The notes under the pieces were generated by a model. It was not told the origin of the DNA. It saw nothing but the letters and a program-made list of their open reading frames with translations, and made no database searches. The translations under genes and the position numbers were made by a program. From NCBI RefSeq assembly GCF_038025025.1, contig NW_027117338.1:868001-932000 (forward strand): a DNA stretch of 64,000 bases, written 5' to 3'. The first letter of the stretch is position 1; each line of letters begins with the position of its first letter. Below, piece after piece: positions 11,358 to 24,725 of this stretch. The stretch is from Phyllosticta citribraziliensis. Taxonomy: Eukaryota.

Positions 11358-12904
11358 TTAAGCCTCCTTGACTGCATACTTCCTGCGGAACATGTCGTCG
11401 ATTTCGGTCAGGTAGTAGGTACCGGGGAACAGAGTGTCGACGGCGCCCTGAGGAGAGAAGCTCTTCTTCAGGTGGGCGTGCTCACGGAGAGCGCACATCT
11501 GTTTCGTAAATTAGCGCCAAGCCGAACAAAAGGAATACAATTTCCAAATACCTCGTCGTAAACCTGGGGAGGAACAACGCGACGCGAGTCCAGGCGCTTC
11601 TGAAGGTCAACGTTCTCGGCGAGCTCCTTGACGCTGCCCTTGACCTTGATCGACAGCATCGAGGCAGCGAGACCACTGCCGTAGGAGAAGATGCCAATGC
11701 GCTTGCCCTCGAGCTCCTCGGCAGCGACGTTGGAGATGAGAGAGATCAGACCACCCCAAACGCTACCGCAGTACATGTTACCACACATGGTAGGGACCTG
11801 GACGCTGGGCTGGACGCGAGAGGCGAAGCGCTTCTTGGTCTAATTGACAATTAGCATGCGCAAACGTGAGCGCGCAAAGCACGAAAACTTACCAGGGCCA
11901 TAAAAGTCTTCTCGACAGTCTTGTCGGAAATGGAAGCGGCGTAGTCAAGGTTGAGAAGCTCACGAGGAACCTCAGCAAAGATGGGGTTCTCAGGGTTCTT
12001 CAAGTAGTCGTTGTACAGCAGGCGGGCGTACGACTTGCTCACGAGCTTGCAAGTGGGAGCGTGGAAAGACATGTAGTCGAAGCGGTCGAGAGGAGTCTCC
12101 AGCGGGGCCTTGGCTTCGCCGTTGGTGTGGCCATTAGCCTGGGCCGCAAGCTTCTCCTCGCGGTCGTTGTAGGCCTTGTAGCAGCCGTCAACGGCCTCGG
12201 TGTAGCAGCGGATGGAGAAGTGGCCATCGACAACGGGGTACTCGCTGGTGAAGTCGGGCTTGTAAAAGTCGTAGGCGTGCTGCATGTAGGTGCCGCGCAG
12301 ACCAGGCTCAAAGGCCAGAGGCGCGTCGGGGCCAATCAGCATGGCGACACAACCAGCGCCACCCGTGGGGCGGGCGTTGCCCTTTTTGTAGAGGGCAATG
12401 TCGCCAGCGACGACAATGGCGTTGCGGCCATCCCAGGCCGACGACTCTACCCAGTTGATGGCGTTGAAAACGGCGTTGGTGCCGCCGTAGCAAGCATTGA
12501 CCGTGTCGACACCCTCGATGTTTGTGTTGCCAGAGTCCTGGAAGAGCTGCATGAGGACAGACTTGACCGACTTGGACTTGTCGAGCAGCGTCTCGGTGCC
12601 AACCTCGAGGCGACCAATGGACTTGGGGTCAAGCTTGTATTTTTTGAGCAGCGACGAGACGGTGGTCAGAGCAAGCGAGTAGATGTCTGGACAGGCGCGC
12701 GAGGTCAGATTTGGCGGTAGAGCGGTGCAGCGTGGGAGCAAACAAACCTTCTCTGTCGTCGCAGAAGCTCATTCTGGTTTGGCCGAGACCAATGGTGTAC
12801 TTCCCCTGGGCGACGCCATCGAACGTCTCCAGCTCAGCCTGGTCGACGCACTGGCTGGGGAAGTAGAGCTCGAGAGCCTTGATGCCGATGTTTTGAGGAG
12901 CCAT
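11358..12904 (-). CDS. ERG13: HMG-CoA synthase; 4 exons
   Basis: [24 protein letters not shown] (catalytic Cys), GNMYCGS, FSYGSG. Introns at 12687-12747, 11840-11892 and 11499-11551; stop TAA at 11358-11360. Confidence 0.97.
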
Positions 12905-15900
12905 TGTTAGATTGATTTGGGAGTGAGGAGAGGAGAGGCAGCGTGGGGAGGAGAGAAGGGCGTCTGGTGTCGAGAGAAAAGGTAAGGTAGACGCCGCCGC
13001 TACGTTATTTCTTCCGTGCTGGACTGGACTCCACTGCGCCATGGCCGTGGCCGTTGACAAGGGAGGCCCCGCTACGCCCCATACGGCTAGGCCCAGGCAC
13101 AATTGTTGGCGATAAACTGATAATGCACCGTCACCGCCACACCGCCATCACTTCACTTGTGCAGCAGTCCATATCAACAATTTGCTACTGTACTGTCGCT
13201 TCACCCTCTCCATCACCCCAGGCCAGGCGTCGCCTGCAGCTGCCGTCCCACAAGCCACAGCCTCACCTCATCGCCTCCCGCGCCCCGGCCGTCCACTCCA
13301 CTCCACTCAGTTCAGGTCGCGCGCAGACGTGGCAGCCAGGCGCTGTCATGCATGTCACACGGCCTTTGTACCTCAGCAGGTCGCAGCCACCCACCAAACG
13401 TTTCATGTCTGCCCAATTCTGCCCGTATTCTCACCCCAGTTGAGCTGCCTCTTTTGCTGAGAATCGCGGCTCCCGGACCCTCCCGCCCGGCCATCGCAGG
13501 GCATCGGCTGGTTCCCGCTCTCCACATCTCGGCTACCGACAATCTACTGATTATCTTATCTCCGCATCACTCCACGCCATCACCCCTCCAGCGTGCCGTG
13601 GTACAAATGCTTCCGTTTCATTAGCCTCGCCGCTTTGTTCTTTGCTTGCCATTGTTCGACCACCGCCCGCGACTCGCCTTTTACACCTCGTTGGCGGAAA
13701 CTCGACCCGGCGTCACACTTCCGCTTGCGTAGACCGAGTTCGACATGCCGTTTCGCTTCAGCCAAGGGGAACGCCTCGCGCCGGCAATCAGTCACGCTCC
13801 CATGCCGAAGTCCCTTCTCGAAAACCTGCCGATCTTTCGCGTCTATCAAGAGCTGCGGAAACATGACGATGGATAGGTAACCTCAGGCCTCAAAAGCCAT
13901 CTATACCGACTCAGGGCAACAGGTGGAATACGAGACCCTGGTCATCTACCCCGCCAAAGAGGACGACATGTTCTCCTGCTGTTGCGTCTCAACCTCTACA
14001 TGGCCGTGAGCATTTCATATGATGCTCACACGGAACCAGACACATGGCTGCTCCGATTGATTTCCTCCCTGTTGAAACTCCTTCCTATTCGACAGACTAT
14101 CCAGCAGCTACAGCCCCCGTCTCCGGACTCTCCAAGCCAACATCATGACTTGGGAAAGCGCCACCAGAAACCTACCGCAAGTGTTCGATTCGGGGATCCG
14201 GCGAATATCCACCAGAGTCAACAGAGTCAGGACCGTCGGCTTCCGAGCTCCGCCTTGCATCTTGAGATTCTACTTGTGCGCCCTCCCACCTTCCGGGTAA
14301 ATTCATCTACATCTCACAGGTCTGGAAGTTTGGTAGGTCCTTCTCCAGCCAGATGCTTCTATTCCGTGGCAACCGAGACAGACGTCCAGCAGTCCAACAA
14401 CACGCCTCCAATCCGCGAGCAACATCCGAGGCCTCGTACCCAATAGCCTCTCGATCAGTCAGTGTCGACATATTCTCGCATGACTTTAGGCTGAACCAAG
14501 CCCGTGCCACGAAATGGCGTGAGCTTGTTCATCTTTCCTTTACGTAGCGCAGCAAAGAACCAACAAGACGCTTGCATCTAGACAGGATCCAGTCGCATCG
14601 CATGTTTCTCTCCCGCACCGACAGCTGCTCGACGCTGGCTAAAACAAGCAGCCCGCTCCAGACCCCCGTCTCGCCTGTCCTTTTTGCCAAACGCAAGAGC
14701 GACAGCGGAGCGCTGCCGTCACCAAAAGATGACTGCAGCACCCAAACCGCGCTAGAGCACCGTGATGGTCGCGCACTCTTGAGACACGCAGCAGCAGCAG
14801 CCGCAGCGAACAAGGGGGACTAGGAGGAAGACAGCGCGGAGAGAGGTGAGGTGCTGCGTGCGTCACCAAAGCTGCACGCCACCCAGTCCACCCAACCTTC
14901 TTTTCCGCCTCGCGCCAGTCCCTGGAAACCGAATGGTCGGACGAGAGCGCCGCCCACCCGTACCTAGAAATGCGGCGCGCTGCTGCACGTGTCGAGCCTG
15001 TAGACGCATACTACTGGGCAAGGTTCATTTGTGGGCAAACGCCATGTTCATCCTCCCCTTGGCTTCGGATTTCCCGCTGTCGCTCTGAGCGATGCAAGTG
15101 CACAAAAGTTGAAGAAGACTTTTTGATAGACTCTTGATGCCGACCGCCGACATTGGCAAATCTTGTCTGATGCTCCTGGCAAGCGCTTGTTGACCAACAA
15201 GACTAATGTAGACGCACGTTGCCGCCTTGGCCCCGCGCAGCCGTTGAGCGTCGCTCCAGCCTCGAGCTTGACCCATTATCTGTCGGCTCTCTGTAGCCGC
15301 GAGCCAGCGACCTATTCTTCTCCCGTCCGTAATTGATCGGCCTCGCTGCCAGCAGGCCAATCAGAGTGCAGCATTTTTGCGGGGGGAATAAACTCAGCTA
15401 GAACGGCGACCTAACCATGCATGTACTGTAGATGTAAAGAACAATTGAAAGCAATTTTGTTTTGCAACCCCTGCTGAACTCTTGCATTTGCGTACTTTTC
15501 GAGGTCGTGTCAGAAGGATCAATCCGATCTCGCAACCCTCGACGAAACTGGCTCTCTGTAATTGCTCACTCCATCGTACCAAGATCGGCCAAACGCCAAG
15601 TCCACAACGTGCTCTCCATCTACTCTGCCCACAGCTCAGTTCCCCTGTGTGTGTCCCACGCATGGACGAATTCGTACTGTGTCCGCAAGACGAGGCTTTG
15701 TCGACTTTTGTCGCAGCATTCCTGCTCACATTGCCAGTCGCAAGTCTGCTAGCCAGCCGGCTCATACACTTAAATGTCCGACTACTCTCGTACCTGTTTT
15801 GCTGTCCTACCTTTGCCCCTGAAATGCGTGCATCTACTTCTGAGCAACAACAGTTGCCAGGCGACCGGAATGACGGCCATGAACTGACCAAGATCAGTCC

Positions 15901-17739
15901 AAGCGCAGGCAGACTGGTCGACGTTGTCCTGTAGCGTCGAGTGACTGTTGATGGACTGGCTTAATTAGGGACGTGGTGCCCCGACAGCGTGCTCTCCTCC
16001 CCTTCCTCGTTGACCTCCTCACTGTCTCCGTCCTTCTCCACTGCTTGCCGATCGCTGCCTGCTGCGACCCCTCCCGCCCCGAGCAAGCAGGGCTCAATTA
16101 CGAGAGGGAAAAGGAGGAAGGGGAGAACAGGCAGAGAGAAAGCACGACACATCAAGATACAACCAAAAGACAGATGAATTGGAGTGGTCGCATGATCAAG
16201 GCGTCAATGACGTTTGACAGCGCAGATCCGAACGACGCGGGGCCACGCGGTCAGACGGGGATGGTGTGGATCTATTGGGCTGGCGGGGTCGCGTTAGGTA
16301 GGTGGATAGGTATTTTTGCCCCATCCATGGAGGATGCGCATACCGAGGGAGTGGTGTGGTGTGGTATGTTTGTGGGTGTCGACTTCTGCCAAAAAGGTGG
16401 CTGAGATGCATGTCTGTTGGGTGGGCTGACTTTGTACATGCATTCTCTCATGCGCCTAGACGCGACCGACGGGGCCAATGGATGCTGGGTGGGCGGGAGA
16501 GGGCCGTTGCTGCTCTTCGTGTGGCCATCCATGACATGGAAGAAACGTTGAGATGGTTGCTGTCCGCGAGAAAGCGGTGCCACTGGAGCCTCGACCATGT
16601 CGCCCGCCCATCAGTCCGGGTCGACGTGACAAGCTTGCAGAGCCTTCTCTGTTTGGACAGGGCCGAGATGATTTGTTGACAGGAGGCACCTTTTGGCGTC
16701 CGTAAAGGCGTTTAGTCAACGTCCCATGAGCGACAGGCGCGAGAAAAGAGCGCGTGGTGCTCAGTCTTCACAAGGATGCGAGCGTGCCATGTTCGCAGAA
16801 CAGCCCTGAGGTTCGGTTGTTCTCCTTATGACGAGATGATGACAACAATAGACGCTTATAGAAATTGTTGTCAGCAGCGGTCGAACAGGGTCGTCTGAAC
16901 GCTGTGTGCCTGGCCGTCTGTGCTGGAAAAGGCCTGATGTGTGTGGCTTCCAAGCGTGGGTCTCTTGCCATCCCTTTCGACTGCCATGACAGAGACTGAG
17001 GGCAGCGACAAGGGTTTGATCGACCTCTTGGACGACAGCGGCGAGCAGCCATCCGACGGGGCCTTGTTGGAGGCTGGAGACCGGGGCGTTTGGCGATAGA
17101 GGCGCTACCAGGTGGAACGAACTGTGCGCCTGAAGAATCGGGCGAGCAGCAGGCGAGACGAAATGGCAAGGAGACGGCCGCCACACCGTTATCGAGGGAT
17201 GACTGCCTTGTTCTAACTGCAAGTGGCCGTCCGTGTGCTCGCAACTATCGACGGGATGTCTGATGAAGGATGAGGGCGCACTGACCGGCAATTTTTTTCA
17301 TCTTTTCCCTTCACGATGATCTCAAGCTGTGGATTCGGCGCTTTGGTTTTCAAATCCAGTCCGACAATGCCAACGGTGTTAGCAGATTGAGGTGAGGGAA
17401 GAGAGAGGAAAACTTGGGCGTAGACAGGCGTCTCGAAGGGTCGTCAGGAAGCTTGCCGACAGGCCGAGTTGAAGTGGTCGCGCACTGACGGGCAGATCCC
17501 CAAGGCTTAGCGCTTCCCCACTGGTGGCTTCCTTAACTGGGTTCCTTCAAAAGCTCCCGTCGCCTCTAGGCCAGCGAGGTCCATGCTTCGTGTCGACGGG
17601 CAGTGAAGAAATCATCGCTGGCCCCCCATGGTCCCTTGTTTGCCCAGCGCCTTCAACTCAGCATTGAGGAGCGAGCGGCAGAGGATTCACTGCCACGACA
17701 GGACTGATGCTCAAAGACCGAGTGGCGTTTGGGATCGCA

Positions 17740-17762
17740 CTCGTGCTCGTGCTCGTGCTCGT
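17740..17762. repeat. (CTCGTG)n microsatellite, ~4 units
   Basis: Directly visible: ctcgtgctcgtgctcgtgctcgt. Confidence 0.7.
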
Positions 17763-18837
17763 CTTCCAAGACCTCGAATCGACTTTGGTACCGTTGACAC
17801 CCGGAGCAATCCGCCTTTCTGTCCGCAGCTATTTAGCTACCTGCGACACTGCAACTGCCACGAAAATGCGGCGTTCGAATAAAAAAGTCATTTAGGTCTT
17901 CAATCCTCGATTAACATTTGGCTTGTACCTATTCCTCCGCCACTCATCCGTGGACGCCTAATGTAGCTTGGCGGTTGATAGTCGTTTGATAGCTACTTGG
18001 CCTATAGCTGTGCCTAGGTCGGTATTAAAAGTCCGTTCCCCCGATGGTGCCCATACATCCGTATAGCATTAGGAAATAAACAACAGCCCGACTTTAAGTT
18101 TTCGGTATTCCATTGCGCCGTCGCCAATTGTAACTCCGACGTCACCATTTCTTGCCTCAAACGAGGTGCAGGTCGTACCGCAATGATGATCATTCGTCCC
18201 CTCCTGTCGACACAAGCCAGTTTTGCCCGATTTGCCTTGGCAAATGACCACGCGCAATGTCGAGTTCTTAATTCGAAGAGGAAGAAATCGACCTATCTTA
18301 GCTCTAAGCCATTTCGTAAACACCTCACATACCTCTGATGAGGTCTTACCGGGCCACAGTGGCCCTCTACTTTTACTGCGGAGGTGGAACCTGTATAGTT
18401 ACGTGACGGCGTTAAGCATATGCTATGTTCCGTCTTCTTGTTCTTCATATACAGAGAGCTTCGTCGAGTTCGTGGCTGAAGTAGCTGATGAATCCACTCG
18501 ACTGCGCCCCGTTTGGGTTAACACTAACTCTTAAGCGTAGTTTTGCGTTGGCAAGTCGGCGTTTGGTAGACATTATGGACTGTCCACGATCGGGAATACG
18601 AGTAGCCTGGATGCATCATCCGCACCGGAGGCTCTGGATGTACCGCAGGTGTCGAACGGGAAAAATAAGAGGAAAGCGTCGGATGTTCCGGACGTGCTGC
18701 GCGTCGCCACCGGACATCGCCCACTCAGGACTGCTTTAAAAGTGATTCTCTCGAGCTCTTTCTGAAAATTAGCAGGCCCCTTCCGCCCTTGGACATTAAA
18801 CCAAAGATTGGGCAATCCCACCTACAAACTCTTTGTG

Positions 18838-19266
18838 ATGTTGTCATTATCACGACTTCCCCTTTTCTTCCTCGCGGCCGTCTCGGTCACAGCTTTTACC
18901 TATCAGCCTGCCCCTCAACCAGCTGGATACCCAGATCTTCCGCCCCAGACATGCGCACAACCTCCCCAAAACCTCCCCGACGGTGGGATCTTCCGACCTG
19001 CCGAGCAAGGTCCTTGCAAGCAGACCACGATCGACGTTTGTGGGAGCGGGAAGTGCGCCAAAATTGCTGCCAACGGCGGGACGGAGCTTTGTCTGGAACG
19101 CTGTGCTGACGAAGGTCCGGGAGACACCAAATGTACCAACCAGGGGCTGCAGAGCTGGAAATATGGTTGCCAGCCCACGTTAGGAGGACCTAGTGTGGAC
19201 CCGTGGAACGTGGAGTATCCTGGACCGTCTGACAAGAGAGTCGGAGCATGTACGACAAACAAGTAG
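18838..19266 (+). CDS. Small secreted cysteine-rich protein (142 aa, 9 Cys), unknown function
   Basis: ATG at 18838. Signal peptide MLSLSRLPLFFLAAVSVTA is followed by a Pro/Gly/Cys-rich mature region. Intronless and isolated in a gene-poor stretch. Confidence 0.75.
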   Translation: MLSLSRLPLFFLAAVSVTAFTYQPAPQPAGYPDLPPQTCAQPPQNLPDGGIFRPAEQGPCKQTTIDVCGSGKCAKIAANGGTELCLERCADEGPGDTKCTNQGLQSWKYGCQPTLGGPSVDPWNVEYPGPSDKRVGACTTNK

Positions 19267-20969
19267 GTTGAGCACTGCAAGATCCATTGTCCACACAGGC
19301 GTATGTTGATTGAATGCAATAGGGACTTTCCGTGTATCCTTACGAGGAATATGAACTACGTACCGTAAAGAAGCAGACTGTCCGACGGTTCTCGGGCGCA
19401 AAGAAAATGGAAAATATGGTTTCGAGAAAACATTCATGGATATTCGAAGGGAGATTCGATGATCATTGTGCGATTTGGGCGAGACTTGCGAGGGTCTTGA
19501 ATCGCCCAAACTGCATTGGAGACTGGTAACAATTGGTGATGTTGATGGAGGCGAAGCCACTCTGTAAGGGGTTCTGAAGTACTCGTTGTCTTTGCCTGGG
19601 GGTTTGCCCGAGGATTACTGTGCGTGTGTACTTCACCTCTATTTTTCAACAAATTCGTCTCTTGAAAGCAGCCTGAGGATGTTTGTGAGGCGTGAGAGTA
19701 CCACTCGGGTAATATGTTTGTTTACTTTGTACAGCTCAGCGCTGTCAGCGAAGAGCCCATGGCAGATGATCCTGGGCACTGAAATTCAAAATCAACCGGC
19801 CCGTCTGCAGGTCGGAACGAACCGCACATGGGCTCCATGACCAACGCAAGGTCGTCAAACTGTTAGCGCAGGCAGACAAAATATCCCCGGAAGCGTCATT
19901 CTGCTGCTCGAGTCTTCGGCGTCAGCAACTAGACAACGACTTGAATGGCAAATGGCCATTGTTTTCCATTTTATGTCGCCATCCGAGGGTGGAGCAGCGT
20001 CGGGCCGGTCCCCAAGCAACGCGACGGGGAAGCAGAGAAGTGGACCCTGTCAGCAGTCAGAAGGTGCGCCAACGCATGGGTCGAGATGAGGGAAGCTGGC
20101 AGCGAGGATTCGAACAGGCAGAATACGAAATATACAGGACGAAGCGAGAGCAGCAGGGCAATGAAAGGAAAGAAAATGGAAGCCGGCACGTTAGGCTGAG
20201 CCAGTGGCAGAAGGCGGCCGAAAGAGGAGGCCCAAGCCAAGAAGGCCAAGACCGAAGGCTCGGGCGAGGGAACCCACCTCTGAGAATGAAAGCGACGGGA
20301 CCGGACAGGAGGTGGCCTGGCCCGTACTGGCACGTGATGGCGACTCTCTGTTAAGGTGATTCTTCTGGCGAGTGGATGGGAGCTGGGAGGAATTGGCGCG
20401 TTGCAGTGAGCGGAGGGAGTGTCAGTCAAGGATGGTGGCAGACGGGAGGCGGGTTGGCGCGGGATGAGCTGAGAGTTTGTGAGGGGCGACAGGAAAGAAA
20501 GGGAAAAGAGCGCTTCATTGGCTCTGGGCAGGCTAAATTGAACAGCGCTGATCGCAAGAGCGCGATGTTCCTGCACCCGTGTCACAGTAATCCGTACCTC
20601 TGCCCTCTGGTCCCTCTCGAATCACGCCGAAAGCGTCGCAGACTGTGCATGACCTCTTCTGTGCCTGAAACGGCTTTGGTCTCTGCCCTCTTGCCAAACC
20701 TGGCCCGCTTCCCGAGCCAACCGGTCTTCGTCTTCACTGCACCTCGCTCCACTCGCCCACCATCACATCCGTCCGTCTCTCCACTCCGCCTCTCTACCAA
20801 CACACAACCACCACTCCTCCCGCCTCGCCTGCTCGCCCGCCCGCTCGCCTTGTACCTCCCGACTCGTCCTCCTCGCCCTCCTCACACTCCCGACGACTGT
20901 CGCGCCTGATCTACCCTCTCGCAACGGAGCCTGTACGCTCCGCCAAGGAGCCTCGACTCCCCGGTCGCA

Positions 20970-23388
20970 ATGGACAGCCGCCAGCCGCACAATCACGACC
21001 AGGCCCCGTCCAACACGAATCCAAACATCTTCGACGACGAGTATGCCGTCGAAAACTCGTCCGACCTGGACGGCGAATTCGCTGTCGCCGACGGCTTCAG
21101 ACCGACCGCACAAACACACCCTGACCCAGGTCCCACCTCTGTAGCCTCGCGTACCTCCGCCGCCCTGGAACACAGATGGAGTCGCCAGTCATCCGTCCGC
21201 CACTCTATCAGCGAAAACTTTCCTGCCGAAACCAAGAATCCTTCCGGCCCAGGCTCCTCGTCGGTCCAGCCCAGGAGCAGCATCTCCAAGGGCGGCCATG
21301 CACCACCAACATCCACGGCCGTACCTGACGAAGGTTCCAACACTCCCGTCGCCGAAAGATCGCAACCCGATTCGCCCGCTGGCCAGCGAGCTGCCATACC
21401 ACTCCAACACCGCATCTCCATCGCGTCGACATCATCGTTTGCGACCGTCCAAAACTCGAGTAGTCCGTACGCCGCTGCCAACTCGGGGCCCAGTCATCCG
21501 TATGGCATGTACCCCCAGGGCACTGGGCTCACCAGGTCCCTCAGTACCAGTACTACCGCGACCTCGAGGACCCCAGGACGCTCGTCGGTCGCTGGCCAAG
21601 GGCCACAACACCCTTACGCCATGTATCAGCAAAATGTTGTCGATGACCCTGACGAGATTCAGAGCGCACCAGCAGTGCCAAATCCCATTCCAGTAGGCTT
21701 TCCAGGATTAGGAGCGGGCTTCCATCGACAGATTGGACCAGACGGCGAAGAGCAGGACATCATCGGACCAGACGGACACATGGAACAACTACCACCGTAT
21801 TCTAGATTTCCCGAAGAAGGACCAACAAAGGCTTCGCTACTTGCTGTGCCGGAAGAGTTTGCCATGTACGAAACGGAGACACCAGCAACAGGCGGAGCAA
21901 CGGCGACCGGAGCCTCGGGGGTAGCCGGAGCCGCTGCAGGAGCCGCTGCCAATCCGTCTGCTGAAGCTTTGGTCGGAAACAACGCCACAACGAATCGCGC
22001 AGTGACAAATGGGCCCAACGAACCACAAAACGGACAAGGTCAAACTGGATCGGATGCTTCCAGCACAGTAGTAGGGACGGAAAACGAACGTAGGCCATGG
22101 AGCGAAAAGACCTGGGATGAGAAGAAGAAGACGAAAATACTATGGGGCAGAGTCCCACTCTGGCTGCTGATCATAGCTTTGGTCATCATTTTGATTCTCG
22201 CCATTGTGCTAGGCGCCGTGATTGGCACATTGGTAGCAAAGGAGAAGATGGCTGATAAGAAGCACCAGTACCAGTACGCGATTCTTCCCTCCGTTGCCCA
22301 TGCATATCTAACCTTGCAACAGGAATCCAAGCGCCGTGCTCACTTCAAGAATCGATGCAACGCCTATTCCTACGCCGACAAACCTCCCCGCTCTTCCCCT
22401 TGGCAAGTTTGCTCTGCCGATCCGCAGTCCGGATGTTTCGAGTAACGAGTGTCTTTCCATTTCGGACCAAAACGATGCGTGGTCTTGCGATATGGAGGGC
22501 GCGCCCATCGAGCTCAATGTGCAAAATCCTTCAGCCAAAGGCCTCGCTGCATGGATGAACCCTTTGCGAAATGCTTCTGGCGTCAACTACGGTACCCAGG
22601 TCCCCAAGATTGCGCCAATTCTCTTGGACTTGGTTGAGGACCTCGACAGTCCCAGCGATGGACCGGCATGGCATTTTCAGACCCTGTACGACAAGATGGT
22701 TATTTTGAGGCACGAAGACCTCAACGTCAACTCGGCATCAAACAATGACGGCAAGGTCAAACGACAGAACTCTCCGCCTTGGGCCACTGGAAGCTTCCAA
22801 ATGCCGCCAGGATTTCTGCACCGTGGTCAAGTAGTAGCCGGAGAAACACCATGGTTATGCATCTGGAACCAGACGTTCCTCGAGACCTTTTTCTATGTTG
22901 AGAGGAATAGCACCGCAGTCCAGGCGACGCCGGCAGCGACGACTCCATCTCCGAGCGCCACCTCGCCGTCCGTCTCCACGAGCTACCCGTTCCCCACGTC
23001 GGTTGAACCATCAACGACGACGGTTTTCGAGACGTCGCCCACAGTCACGGCATATCAAAAGCGGGGTTCTCCCAGCACCACTGGCCCATCGGATGCATCT
23101 TCAACGGATGATCCCGACGAACTCACATGCTATCCGCGCCTGGTCAAGCTCGAGGAGCGGCGGATGGTGACGAATACGGCGCCGTACTGCCAGAAGATGC
23201 AGCTTCTAGACGATGGACAGCTGGTCATCTGGCATGACGGCAACGGTGACGTTTTGACAATCGAGCTGAGTGAGAACGAAGACAACGACAACCACGGGAG
23301 CGGGAGCGGGAGCTCATCCTCCAAGCGGTCGCTGACGAAGCGGAACAGCGATGGAACTAGTTGCCACTGCCAGTGGACGTACTCGTGA
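20970..23388 (+). CDS. Fungal single-pass (type II) membrane protein of unknown function; 2 exons
   Basis: Long S/P-rich N-terminus with EQLPPYSRFP, a TM helix (VPLWLLIIALVIILILAIVLGAVIGTLVA), and a Cys-containing C-terminal domain ending CHCQW. Intron 22274-22322 joins the two ORFs in frame. Confidence 0.85.
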
Positions 23389-24364
23389 TGTTTCTAATTT
23401 TTGTGTTTTCTTGTTTCTGGTACTGTCTTGAAAGCATGGTTGCCGCTTATATGCGCGCAGCCTGGAGTTTGGGCACGCGGGGACGACATTGGGACATGGC
23501 GCCAAAAGGGTCAACAAGTCATATTTTCTCGATCTTTTTTCATTTTCGTCGTTCTTCGCGCAAAATGCGCTTGAGGTCAAGACCAAGGCCAAGAATATCC
23601 CTTTGTTTCATTCAATGGTCAGCTACGGGACTGGCGCCGTGCCTAGGTGTAAGGCCGTGGCTCTGGTACGCGAGCCGCCGTCGATTTTGGCATGTCTTGG
23701 CTGGATTCTGAGCGGCTCGTGTGGAAGTTTTTTCTTTTTTGTTTGATCATTTAGGTCATGGGAAAAGTCGTTTACGAGCGACTCGAGCGGTCAAAGGAAG
23801 CGGTGGAATTATAGAATCAAAGTTTCTCTCATCATGACGCTGGACGGACAGGTCGGGGCGGCGGCCGTGCGCAGGATGGGCGCATAAACACGGCGAGTCT
23901 GGCGAGTGAGGAATATTTGAGTTGGATGAATGATGAATTGAAGGTTGCACTGGATGGGCATGACGCAAGATTAGGTGCGGCTCTTTGGTGGAGGTGTGGT
24001 GCACTGCGCTGCAGCATCCAATAGACGGGAGGGACGGGTTGGACGGGGTGGACGGGGATGGGCTAGGGATGCGAGGCGGGTCGAGGTCGCGGAGACGGGA
24101 GGGGGTTTCTGTGGTTTGGGCAGCGGTCGAGATATAGTAATGTATCGTGATGGTGGAGCAGGCTCGAGGCAATGGGCAGCGGTTGGGTTGGGTTCCAGGT
24201 GGTGGTGGTGTTGTTCTGTTGCGTCGCCGGGAAGGATACGGGGGGCGCGGGCTGAGTGTTGCCAAAATTAGGGCGGCGGGCCGATCAGGTCGTCTCCAAA
24301 CCCCTGCGACGCCGTGCAGTGCTGTAGTGCGTCGGGTGCCGCCCGCTCAGGCAGGCAGGTCGAC

Positions 24365-24395
24365 TGGTCTGGTCTGGTCTGGTCTGGTGTGGTCT
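24365..24395. repeat. (TGGTC)n pentanucleotide microsatellite, ~6 units, one imperfect
   Basis: Directly visible: tggtctggtctggtctggtctggtgtggtct. Confidence 0.75.
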
Positions 24396-24725
24396 GCGTG
24401 CTCCAGAACACCAAAACCCCTCTTCCATTCCTCATCCTCTCCTCGTCCTCTTCCGACAAACACAATCCTCCCCTCTCGCCGCTTTCGTTGCCTCTCCTCT
24501 GCGCCCACTCGTTTGCGCATCCCATCCCGACAACCCACCTCATCCCAGTGCTACTTTTGTCGACCCGCCGCTAGTAGCACATCCTGGCCACAGTCCTAAT
24601 CTGGGGATCGCTGCTCTCTGGAAACGCCTGCCACCCGTTTACCATCTCAAAGCCTCTTTTCCCTCGCTGCTCCATCCGCGCTCGCTCTCCTCTCTCGCCT
24701 CAATCCACCCTCCGCCTCCTCCATC

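Noticed and set aside
14450..17600. Many overlapping 60-170-aa ORFs (also 62400-64000)
   Set aside because: Arg/Ser/Pro-rich compositions typical of GC-rich non-coding DNA, with no motifs or splice models.
17707..17895. 62-aa ORF with a hydrophobic LVLVLVLV stretch
   Set aside because: The hydrophobic run is produced by the (CTCGTG)n microsatellite, and there is no other support.
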